Below are positions 1-11,700 of a DNA stretch of 64,000 nt, piece by piece. The notes beneath the pieces are model-generated. The model was not told where the DNA came from. It saw nothing but the letters and a program-made list of their open reading frames with translations, and did not search any database. The stretch comes from Candidatus Poribacteria bacterium (GTDB lineage: Bacteria; Poribacteria; WGA-4E; WGA-3G), in assembly GCA_965214095.1 (NCBI GenBank), contig OZ243938.1, forward strand, positions 3,456,001-3,520,000, written 5' to 3'. The position numbers and the translations under genes were made by a program. How positions within the stretch are numbered: the first letter of the stretch is position 1; each line of letters starts with the position of its first letter.

Positions 1-579
1 GTAAGTTGGCATGATGCGATGGCTTATGCGGCATGGGCAAATAAACGTTTGCCTACAGAAGCAGAATGGGAAAAAGCGGCGCGCGGTGGATTAAATGACA
101 TAAAATATCCGTGGGGAAACACTGATCCAGATGGGACACAGTGTAATTATGCCGATAAGAATACTGTTGATTTAATATGGAGTTTTGACGGTGGAGAACA
201 ACGAATTACTTGGGCAGACGAGGATGTTGATGATGGGTATAGATTCAACGCACCTGTCGGGAGTTTCCTACCTAACCCTTACGGTCTCTATGACATGTCA
301 GGCAACGTGTGGGAATGGTGTCTTGATGAATATATAGAGGATTTCTATGCTAACTCTCCGAGTGAGAATCCGATTGCAGGCATGGATATAGTTGATATAA
401 TAGATAAATCAACGTCAATTACTTCACCACGAGTAACTCGTGGCGGTTCGTATGCATCGGCTTCAACTGAAATGCGTTCTGCTCAACGAAATGGAACTTA
501 CCCACGGAGAGAGTATAACAATGTCGGCTTCAGATGTGTAAAACCACTCAAAATAGAACTCAAGAAAGCAGGACAGTAA
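1..579 (+). CDS. FGE-sulfatase (SUMF1/EgtB/PvdO) domain protein, 5' end outside window
   Basis: RLPTEAEWEKAARGG, PNPYGLYDMSGNVWEW, RGGS and GFRC motifs; frame is open from base 1 (VSWHDAMAYAAW). Lacks the catalytic Cys pair of true FGE. Confidence 0.9.
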   Translation, partial: VSWHDAMAYAAWANKRLPTEAEWEKAARGGLNDIKYPWGNTDPDGTQCNYADKNTVDLIWSFDGGEQRITWADEDVDDGYRFNAPVGSFLPNPYGLYDMSGNVWEWCLDEYIEDFYANSPSENPIAGMDIVDIIDKSTSITSPRVTRGGSYASASTEMRSAQRNGTYPRREYNNVGFRCVKPLKIELKKAGQ

Positions 580-602
580 AGGGATGGTCGTAGGGTGGTG
601 GT

Positions 603-1144
603 ATGAGTTTGACAGTAAAATTGAAAACATCGGTATTATAAAACAGGCAGAATTTTCACTGGGTCATTTGACAATCATCTGCGGTGAGAATAACACTGGT
701 AAGACGTATATTTCATACACACTTTACGGTTTTTTACACTCGTGGAACAACTTTTTTCAATTTCCTATTAGTGATGACCAAGTCAATAGTTTGATAGCAA
801 CAGGTTCCCTTGAGATTGAGACGCAACGAACAGCTGAACAGATACTAAAAGAAACATGTTCCAAATATTCTAAACATCTGAGTAATATTTTTGCTGCGAA
901 TGAAGAATCATTTCTTAATAGTGAATTCCATCTCTTCTCAGACTATTTTGGTAGTCAATCCAGACTATCCGGATTTAGGAAAGGTTTTCAAGGACATTTC
1001 ATTTCTGCAAGTTTAAGACGGAAAGGAGATGGTAAACTCAGTTTTAATACCTATATAGATAAGAAACCAGGAAGACAGATTGATCAAAAGCTTGTAAGAG
1101 ACGCTATAAAGTTTCGTATCGCCGAGCGTCTTCTAACCAACTGA
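603..1144 (+). pseudogene. AAA/ABC-type ATPase (AAA_15/AAA_21-like), truncated by IS5 remnant
   Basis: KIENIGIIKQAEF...LTIICGENNTGKT Walker A N-terminus with no Walker B half. ATG at 603 (MSLTVK) joins the main frame only with +1 nt in the A-run near 617-620. The 3' end runs into the antisense transposase at about 1120. Confidence 0.75.
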
Positions 1145-1796
1145 AAAATCGTTCTACTTTGAAACGACGCTTATATCGTCGTCCACGACGACCATCCTGC
1201 GTAGCCGGTTTCGGACGATTCTTTTCATGCGGCAATACCATTTCAGTACCGCGACACTTCAAAGCCACATCTAATGGATCAGAGTATATGCTTTGTCTCC
1301 TATCAACACCGCAAGGGATTCAGATATCCAATAAGCATCCAAAGCTGGTTCAACCAGACGCACTTCATGACAGGAAGCCCTTGTGATAAAAACACTCACG
1401 GGACTGCCGCGTTTTTCTATAATCACTACCAGTTCTGACCCTTTACCACACTTTGTCCTATCTACACAGATACCACTTTTCTTCGCTGGAATAAACTTCA
1501 CATCAATACAACACTCACTCATATTTATTTGTATTCGTTTTTCAAGCTTTTCTATGGGTGGCTAGTTGCACTTTTTCAAGTGATCCATCCATAGACCATT
1601 GCTTGAAACGCCGATGACACGTTTGATAGGGTGGATACTTTTCTGGTAAATCCCGCCAAAGTACTATTGTTCGCAACACCCAGAGTATTGCATCTAACAC
1701 TTCTCTATGACTACCCCAAGGTCTACCGGGTTGACCTGATGGAAGTTCAGGTAACAAAGGCATAATAACATTCCATTGTTTATCATTTAATTCTAT
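1120..1796 (-). mobile_element. IS5-family transposase pseudogene
   Basis: Fragments IELNDKQWNVIMPLLPE..GRP..REVLDAILWVLRT..WRDLPEKYPPYQTCHRRFKQW, IDVKFIPAKKSG..TKCGKGS, LIGDKAY, then after a frameshift [18 protein letters not shown]. In-frame stop at 1542, frameshift near 1285, 3' end missing. Confidence 0.9.
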
Positions 1797-1865
1797 TCAG
1801 ATCATCTCCTAACTCATAGTAGAAATATATAGTAGATTTTGAAATTACTTGAACACTCTGCATTG

Positions 1866-1889
1866 GCGAGGTTAGGAAACCTCGTCTAC
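1866..1889. repeat. REP-like palindrome ending in CTAC
   Basis: GCGAGGTT-AGGA-AACCTCGT-CTAC. Confidence 0.7.
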
Positions 1890-1989
1890 CGTGGGACGAA
1901 AGTGTCAACTTATATTCATAATTCACTATAAATAGTTTAAAAGAAAAAACACACCAACCAATATTTATGAGATACGCTGTAGGTTTTGT

Positions 1990-2022
1990 GAATGTCCGAG
2001 GCGCAATGAATTGCACGACTAC
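1990..2022. repeat. REP-like palindrome, second family; repeated at 2655-2685
   Basis: GAATGTCCGAGGCGCAATGAATTGCACGACTAC versus GAATGTCCGAGGCGCAATAAATTGCGACTAC. Confidence 0.75.
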
Positions 2023-2072
2023 AAACGAGATATTTCTTCATAGTGAAATCAAAAAATATGTGCACATTCCCA

Positions 2073-2141
2073 GTAGATGCAGTTTCCTAACCCATCTATG
2101 TGACTGAACCAACACCGGTTCGGTTAGGAAACCGAACCTAC
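2073..2141. repeat. Inverted REP pair (REPIN-like)
   Basis: GTAGATGCAGTTTCCTAACCCATC ... GGTTCGGTT-AGGA-AACCGAACC-TAC; same AGGA/TCCT loop as the 1866 copy. Confidence 0.7.
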
Positions 2142-2392
2142 CGTAGTGTGTAAATAATTATGGTTTTTACTATAAGTGAAGTTTAGGTGGAATTAGGTTT
2201 ATTTTGTGGTGTTTTGCGTGTTTAAAACACAGATTATTGGGTTAAGTCTTCTGCAATCGGTTGAGAAACCCTCCTACAATGAAATTGGTGACAATTCATA
2301 GTCTATAGGTGGCAATTTTTGTTATATGTTAGACAAGAAATGATGAATATTGCCATAATTCTTACAAATTATGCATTTTCTTTCTAAAATAG

Positions 2393-2422
2393 TTGATTTA
2401 ACATACTAAAATGTGGTATAGT
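2393..2422 (+). promoter_or_regulatory. Putative sigma70 promoter for the giant LRR gene
   Basis: TTGATT-18 nt-TATAGT with extended -10 TG, in an AT-rich intergenic region. Confidence 0.5.
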
Positions 2423-2625
2423 AGTTATAAGTCAATTATAATATATTGTATTTTATTATATATGACTTTTTATTACTTTTTTTTGCTTAAAATAGTAAAG
2501 TGTATTACTATTGTGAATTTACAATTCACTTGAGTTTTGAATTCATGAAGTTGATTCAAAGAAAACATAAGAAAAAAGGATTTTAACAACAATAGATTTA
2601 AGAACTAATTTGACACTTTGAACAG

Positions 2626-2685
2626 ACGAACTTCGGAGATCTCGCCTACCCAGCGAATGTCCGAGGCGCAATAAATTGCGACTAC
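2626..2685. repeat. Two adjacent REP-like elements
   Basis: CGGAGATCTCGCCTAC (resembles the right arm at 53263-53278) followed by the GCGCAAT-AA-ATTGCG-ACTAC copy. Confidence 0.65.
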
Positions 2686-2755
2686 GAATACCTTAAACTC
2701 ACTACCAAAAATGCATATTAATGGAATAACTACGATTTAAGGGATATTTGAAATA

Positions 2756-5700
2756 TTGAATTCAAATAAAAAACATATCGCATCCATTTTCGTGACAATG
2801 TTAATAATTTTGGGAACAGTTCTTACAGGTTATGCAGACATTACCCCTGTGAGTGACCGCACACCGCAGATCCGTGATGCAATTGTGGCTGAGGTTCCGG
2901 GTGTGGATTCTGCTGACGATGTGACGGAAGCACACCTCGCTGGTATTGTTCGGTTGTCTATGTCTAGTGAGAATATCACAGCACTGAAAGAAGGCGACTT
3001 TGATGGACTGACTTCAATGACTTGGCTTGAGATGGGTAACAACCAGATTAGTAGTCTACCTGCGGACGTGTTCGCAGGTTTGACATCCCTCACACACTTG
3101 ATTATGCCAAGGAACCAGATTAGTAGTCTACCTGCAGGTATATTTTCAGATTTGACTTCGATTAATCTTATTATTTTACGGGATAATCAAGTGGCGACTC
3201 TTCCTGCAGGTCTATTTAAAGGTCTGTCTTCGCTGACAGAGATATACCTTAAATATAACCAGATTAGTAGTCTACCTACGGACGTATTCTCAGGTTTGTC
3301 TTCGTTGACAAAGTTAGACCTTTCTAGTAACGAGATTAGTAGTCTGCCTGCGGACGTATTCTCAGGCTTGTCCTCACTTACAACGATCGAACTTGAATGG
3401 AATCAACTGAATAATCTATCTGCAGGACTATTTGCAGGTTTGTCCTCACTTACAACGATTAAACTCGGTGGTAACCAACTGACTACTCTTCCTACAGGTC
3501 TATTCTCAGGTTTATCTTCGCTGGATTCGATTTCCCTTTATCGGAATCAATTGAGTAGTCTTCCGATGGGTATATTCTCAGGTTTGTCTTCACTCACTGA
3601 GTTGATCCTGTTCAATAACGCAGCTGAGTTATCTTTAATAATTGAACTGCAGCAGGTTGGCGTGAATCAGTTTAAGGCAGTTATGGCTACCGGTGCGCCA
3701 TTTACTATTGTGGTGCCGATCAATGTTACGAATGGGAGTATTATGGGTGGTGCAACGACTGCTACTATTCCCATCGGTAGTGTAGAAAGCACACCTTTCA
3801 CGGTGATCCCGACCCCTGGCACATCTGATGCTGTGTCCTTGCTATTAGGGACTTTACCGGATCTACCCTCAGATCATAGAGGTTATAGACTCGCGCCCTT
3901 TAATTTTCCCCCAGAATTCGTTGAGGGTCCGAGCACGATACGCACAGTCGCTGAGGATATACATACTGGTGGAGATGTCGGCACCACAGTCAGTGCTACT
4001 GATCCGTATAACGACCCATTGACCTACACACTGAGCGGGACAGATGCTAGTTCATTTACAATTGATGCTACGACTGGGCAGTTAAGAACCAGTATACGAC
4101 TTGACTACGAAACCCAATCCACCTACATGGTAACTGTTAATGTTACGGATGGCACTTTAAATGATTCAATAGCGGTAACTATCAATGTTACCAATGTAGA
4201 ACCGGAGGTTTTGAATGCTGGTGAACCGCGCACCGTGAGGCTTTTCTATTTCTTACCGAATGATCGTCCATATCGCCAAGAAGTTGTTGACGCGATGAAA
4301 ACTGGGATATTGGAGGTTCAGAGTTTCTATGCCGAGCAGATGGCGGCACATGGACACGGGAACACGACATTTAATATTGAAGCCGATGCACAAGGAGAAC
4401 CAATTGTTCATCGTATTAACGGAGACAACAGCGACAGCCGATACGCGAGTAGTGGGTATACTGACGGTGAAATCATCCGAGCATTTGATACTTCCACCAT
4501 GATTTCAGCCATCGTCATGGATGTTAGCCATCATAGTGTAAGAGGACGAGGTACGGGGAATAAAAGTAATGGATGGTTAATAATATATGAAGATTGGGAT
4601 TGGTTTACTGCAGCTCATGAACTGGCACACGCCTTCGGGTTGCATCACGATTATCGTGATAATTCGTATGTTTTGTCATACGGAACAACGGATCGTTCAA
4701 CTGCAACATTATCGGCTGCTGCCGCCGAGTTTTTATCGGTGCATCCTTACTTTAATACCAGTATCCCCCTTGAAATTGGAACAGGACCTACCGTAGAACT
4801 GGTGTCACCGACAACTTATCCTGCTGGATCAGAAAGCGTCAATATCCGAGTAAGGGTTCGCGACGATACTGGACTTCATCAGGCAATGCTTTTTGTTCGC
4901 CCCAACAATCCCTTTCGTGGTACCACTCCGGAACTCAAAATGTGGCAGAAGTTGGATGGTGAAACAGATACTACTGTTGTATTCAATTTCGACGGTAGAG
5001 TTCCATCCGATGGTGATGATCCAGATATGACACTCGCCAATACGGATCAATACGAAATCAGTGTGATGGCGGTGGATACGGAGGGAAACTGGTATAGATC
5101 TAATTTTATTACACTTGAGGCAGGGGAAGCTCAGGAGATTGTTCCGGTCAGCGACCGCACACCGCAGGTGCGCGATGCGATTGTGGCTATAGTACCAGGT
5201 GTCAATTTTGCCAGGGGTGTAACCGCAGCACATCTTGCTAATATAGTTTACTTAGATCTGCGTAATAAGAACATCAAGTCACTGAAACAAGGTGACTTTT
5301 CTGGCTTGTCAGCGTTAGATAATCTCGATTTGTCTAACAATAAGTTGTCATCTCTTCCTGCTGGGGTTTTTGATGGCTTGTCAGCACTAAAGATTTTGAA
5401 CCTGTATTACAATGAGTTGTCGTCCCTTCCTATTGGAGTTTTCCATGGCTTGTCAGCACTCACACGTCTTACGCTGTTTGTCAATGAGCTGACAACACTA
5501 CCTGCTGGGGTTTTTGATGGCTTGTCAGCACTAAGCCATTTGAATTTGTCTAACAATGAGTTGTCATCTCTTCCTGCAGGTATCTTTTCTGGGTTATCGT
5601 CGCTGACAACACTTAACTTGAAGGGTAACGCTGTCTACCCGATGCCCCTTACAGTGTCGCTGGTAAAAGTTGGAGCAGATCAGTTCAAGGTGGATGTGCC

Positions 5701-8700
5701 TACCGGTGCGCCATCTGACATGGACATACCACTTATTGTTGTGAATGGAACTATTAATGGCGGCGTAGAACGTGTCACGATCCCTACAGGCAGTGTGAGA
5801 AGCGATGTCCTTACCGTTACCCGTACGCCCGGTACAACAGCTGCAGTCATTGTAGACCTTGAGAGGACAGTGCCGAGTCCTACCGGGGCCGACTACGTTT
5901 TCTACAAATCATTCCCTCATTTGGAAATCTTCAGTCCTTTGGCAGGAGCACCCACCCCTGTGAGCGAACGCACACCGCAAGTGCTTGATGCTATCGTAGC
6001 TGCAGTACCAGAGATAGATCATATCCACCATGATAGAGACATACGCTACCTGATAGGTGGACAGTTTGTAGACAAGAAATATAACATGGGACACTATGTG
6101 TCTGAGGCATACCTCGCGGCAATTACGAATCTGGATGTGTTCGGTGTGTCTGGCGGTGCTGACTTAAGCCTCAGCGGTAATTGGTTTAGTCTGCATGGCA
6201 ACGCTACAGAACTGAAACTCGGTGATTTTGATGGCATGACGAATTTAGCAAAACTCCGCCTTGATGGCAACGAGTTGAGTTCATTGCCAGGGGATCTCTT
6301 TGACAATCTCACCAACCTGACTACGCTCAACCTTAGCAGCAACGAGTTGAGTTCATTGCCAGAGGATCTCTTTGACAATCTCACCAATCTGACTACGCTC
6401 AACCTAGACAGCAACGAGTTGAGTTCATTACCAGCGGGTCTCTTTGACAATCTCTCCAACCTGACATATCTCAATCTATTGGACAATCCGTTGGGTCCAC
6501 TGTCAGAAGGTTATTTTGACAACCTGACCAAACTAACAACGTTACACCTACCAGCCTCTGTCACGCCACCGACAACGCCGGAAGATAGCAAGGTTACCCC
6601 GGTCGCTGACCGGACACCACAGGTGCGCGACGCTATTGTAGCTGCAGCCGGTGTCAATTCTGCCGCCGATGTGACCGCAGCACATCTCGCTGCAATTACG
6701 GAATTGGATCTGCAGGAAGAGAATATTGCAGCACTAAAACAAGGAGATTTTGACAATCTTCACGGTTTGGATTTACTTGTACTAAACGGCACGTTCAGTT
6801 CATTGCCAAGTGGCATCTTTGACCAATTGGTCAACTTGAGAATACTCGGCATAGCAGGCAGCCAGTTGAATTCTTTGTCAAGCGACATCTTCGACAATCT
6901 TACCAATCTGAAATCACTCGGCATAGTCAACACCCAGTTGCGTTTATTACCTGATGGCATCTTTGACAATCTTACCAACGTGCCATTCATCACCCTAAGC
7001 AATAACCAGTTGAGTTCATTACCTGATGGCATCTTTGACAAAACTACAATGTCACTCGACTTAAGCAACAACCAGTTGAGTTCATTACCTGATGGCATCT
7101 TTGAGGGCATTTTTAGCGAACCACCCGATCTTACAGGGTTTGAGGTGCTTGGTGTTCCGCTGGGTCAAGTACTGGAGGAAACTCTTGCTGGCACAGACTA
7201 CACAACTGTTAACCTGACCGGTAACCTTGTCAACCCGATGCCCCTTACTGTATCATTGGAGAAGGTTGCGGATGGTCAGTTCAAGGCAGTGACACCCGCG
7301 GGAGCACCGTTTAAACTTGTGCTGCCTATCAGAGTTGTAAACGGCAGCATCAACGGGGGTGTAGAGAGTATCACGATCCCCGTAGGCAGCGTGGAAAGCG
7401 ATATCTTCACCGTGACCCGCACATCAGGGACAACCTATGCTACCACAGTAAATATCGGCACATTACCTCAACTACCCAAACAGCATAGTGGTTATACCCT
7501 TGTCAAATCCGATGCCCTTCCGCTGGTGTTCTCAGAACTGGGTGGAAGCATATTAACCCCGGTTAACCAACGATCACCACAGGTGCGCGATGCGATTGTG
7601 GCGGCAGTGCCGGGTGTGAATTCCGCTGACGACGTGACCGCAGCACATCTCGCCGCAATTACAAGCCTGTCTTTTGGACTTAGTAATCCTACGAAGGTAG
7701 GCGATTTTGATGGACTCACCGGTCTGACAAGAATTGGAATGGGTACAGATCTAACCTCCATTCCGGAAGGTTTTTTCAATGAATTCAGCAACTTAACGTT
7801 TTTGGATTGGGAAGATTTACAATTAAGTTCACTGCCAGCCGGAATATTTGACAATCTCACTAATCTTACAAGCATGAGTCTTGGTTTTGGGCAGTTGAGT
7901 TCTTTGCCCGATGGTATCTTTGACAATCTCACTAATCTTACAGCAATGAGTCTTGGTTTTGGGCAATTGAGTTCTTTGCCCGTTGGTATCTTTGACAATC
8001 TTACTAATCTTACAGCAATGAGTCTTGGTTTTGGGCAATTGAGTTCTTTCCCCGATGGTATATTTGACAATCTCACCAACCTGACAAGGCTCAGAATAAC
8101 CAACACACAAATGTTAGCATTGCCTGATGGACTGTTATCTGGGGTATCGTCATTAACAAGCCTCAGTTTTTTTAGTAATGCAGCTGACCCGATGCCTTTT
8201 ACCGTGTCATTAGAGAAGATTGGAGCGGGACAATTCAAGGCAGTGGCACCCACAGGCGCACCTTTTGATATTGTATTGCCTATTCGTCTCACAAATGGAC
8301 GTATTGATGGTGGGGCGAGCAGCATTACTATTCCCGCTGGCAGTGTGGAAAGCACCACTCTTACTGTGACACGCACCCCCGGTGCCACCTATGCTACCAC
8401 AATAAATATCGGTACATTACCAAGTCTACCCCAAAATCATACCGGCTATTCACTTGTTAAATCCGTTGGTCTTCCGCTCGCGTTCCCAGAACTGGGTGGA
8501 CAGGTATTCACCTCAGTCGGCAGTCGTACACCACAGGTAGCAGAGGCGATCCTCGGCGTTGTCCGTCTAAATGATCCGAACGTCTCCAGCTTCGCAGAGA
8601 TCACGAATAGTCACCTTACTGGAATTACTGCCTTATATTTGAACGGTAGAAATATCACATCTCTAAAGTCAGGTGATTTTGAGGGACTCAGCAGTTTGGA

Positions 8701-11700
8701 AGAGCTGCGTCTCCATAGTAATCAACTTACGAGTCTGCCAGAAGACATCTTTAGCGGACTCACTGCACTAACAACACTCACCCTATATGGTAATCAGTTA
8801 ACCACGCTACCGCCAGGGATATTTAATGGATTATCGTCACTCTCAACGCTCCGTTTCGGTCTCAATCAGTTGACGACGTTACCAGCGGGTCTATTTGACG
8901 GACTTAATTCGTTGACAGATTTGCGTATGATTGGTAATCAGTTGTCCGAATTACCGGAAGGTATATTTGTAGGATTGACAGGACTGACAACGCTCAGTTT
9001 AGGCAGTAATGCGGTTGATCCTTTACTTCTTACTGTCTCATTGGAAAAGGTTGGCAATGGGCAGTTCAAGGCAGTTGCACCGACGGGCGCGCCTTTTGAT
9101 ATGGTGCTGCCGATAACCGTTACCGATGGCAGCATTAGCGGTGGTGCAACAACTCTTACAATACCCGCAGGCAGCGTGGAAAGCGAAGTGCTTACCGTTA
9201 CCCGCACACCCGGTGCGACCTATGCTACCACAGTCAATATCGGCACATTACGAAGTCAACCTGGAAATCATACCGGTTATTCCCTTGTCAAATCCGTTGA
9301 CCTGCCGCTTGCATTCCCAGAACTGGGTGGTAGGGTATTTGTTCTTGTGAGTGACCGCACGCCACAGGTGCGCGATGTTATCGTCGCAGCAGTACCAGGG
9401 GTGAATTCTCCCAACGATGTAACCGAGGCGCATCTAGCTGCCATTACACGCCTTAACTTTTGGTTTGGTGTATCTCAACTGAAAATAGGTGATTTTGATG
9501 GTCTCTCATCGCTGACGAGTATCTCTATCGATGTATCTGAAGGTTCGGTTATTTCTGAGGATGCGATTACTAATCTACCCACTTTGAATAATATCTTTAT
9601 TGATAGATCTCCAGGTTTGATTATCTCTGAGGGTGCCATTACTAATCTACCCGCTTTGAATAATATCTCTATTAATAGATCTCCAGGTTTGACTATCTCT
9701 GAGGGTGCGTTTACTAATCTACCTGCTTTCACATTAATCTGGATTGAGAGAAGTAGCGACTTGGCTATCTCTAAAGGAACATTTTCTAATCTACCGGCTC
9801 TCACAACTATCAGGATTGAAACATGCAGAGACTTAACTATCCCCGAAGGAGTATTTTCTAATCTGCCCGCACTAACAGACATAAGGTTATCCCAAAACAA
9901 TTTGACTACATTGCCTGAAAATATCTTTGACAATCTCACTACACTGGAATATCTCGACCTATCAAGCAACAATTTGACAGCACTGCCCGATGGGCTTTTT
10001 GAAGGGCTTACATCGCTGACAACGCTCCGTTTAAATGGTAACGCAGTTAATCCAATGCCCCTTAGTGTGACACTGGAAACAGTGGCAGAAGGTCAATTCA
10101 AAGCAGTCGCACCAACGGGGGCACCTTTTGATATTGTGCTGCCGATCAGTGTTTCCAATGGAAGCATAAGCGGCGGAGCAACGAGTCTCACGATCCCCAC
10201 AGGCAGTGTGGAAAGCGATGTGCTTACCGTCACCCGCACACCCAGTGTGACATTTGCCGTGAGTGCGGATATTGGAACGCTGCCGGGGGTACCTACCAAT
10301 CATACCGGTTATACCCTTGTCAAATCGGCAAATCTGCCTATAGAGGTTATCAGTGAGGTAATCCCCATTGTTCTCGTTGACAAGGGTGTTTGTAAGGTAG
10401 GTGATATTCTCACTCCCGGTGAAAGCTGCACTTACCCAGACACTGATGCGGTTTTCTCTGTGATCGCTGATGGTAAGTCTCAATGGAACATCCCAGGATT
10501 ACCGGATTGGCTTGCATCGTTTGTAAATAGAATATCTATTAATGATTCAATGAGTATTATTTCAACTGTCAACGGAAAGACCTATCGATTCGAGGCAAGA
10601 GCCGTTGAGAACAATTCTTGGCAGATAGAACAGATCGGAGACAGAACGCAAGAATCAATAGCCTCAGGTATCAATATTCCTGATGCTAATCTCCGCACCA
10701 AAATAGAAGATGCCCTCAATAAATCATCGAGTGACACAATTACCATTACAGAAATGGAAACGCTAACATCGCTCAACGGCCAGGATTCCTCTATTAGTGA
10801 TCTAACAGGTCTTGAGACGGCTACCAACCTAACAACGTTGAAACTTGGCAACAATGCAATAGTTGACATCTCGGCACTTGCGAACTTGACAAAACTCACC
10901 GAGTTACAACTCTGGGACAACCAGATTACGACACTGTCCGACTTATCCGGATTAACCAACCTAACAACGTTATACCTGTGGGGAAACACTGTCTCAGATA
11001 TCTCTGACTTATCTGGATTGACAAGTCTGATGCAGCTGCGACTCGGTGAAAACAGTATCACAAATATAGGTACAGTTTCAAACTTAACAAACCTGACGCA
11101 GTTATATCTGAATGAAAACACTATAACCGATATTTCAGCGGTAGCGGGATTAACAAACCTCACAGAACTACGCATCGGCGACAACACTATATCAGATATA
11201 ACACCTGTTCAGAATCTAACAAACCTTGAATGGTTAGATATACCGAATAACAGCATTTCGGATATATCCGCAGTCCAAAATCTAACGTCACTGGTAGAGT
11301 TATACTTTCAAAATAACAGTGTCTCCGATCTATCGCCTTTGGTAGCAAATACTGGTTTTGGAGAGTTCACCGAACTTGATGCCCAAGGTAATCCGTTGAG
11401 TTATCCATCTATCTACACGTATATACCTGCTCTGCAAGCGAAGGATGTGTATATTGACTTTGACAACCGAGTGGCGACCGTACCTGTGAAAATATCGGGA
11501 GATACACAACAAGATAAAACCGGCGCACTACTTACACTGCCATTTATCGTTGAAGTGAAAGATGCAGATAGTGTCATTTTTGCGGGAGTGCCTGTCACTT
11601 TTGCTATTACAGCAGGTGGTGGTACACTTAGTTCAACAAGCACCACAACCGATGTGAACGGCAGGGCACAAAGCACATTGACACTTGGCGATGCCGCTGG

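Noticed and set aside
1-579. True formylglycine-generating enzyme for the sulfatase at 50896
   Set aside because: The catalytic Cys pair after RGGS is absent.
1866-2685. Possible CRISPR array
   Set aside because: Repeats are heterogeneous and irregularly spaced with no cas genes; they fit REP elements better.
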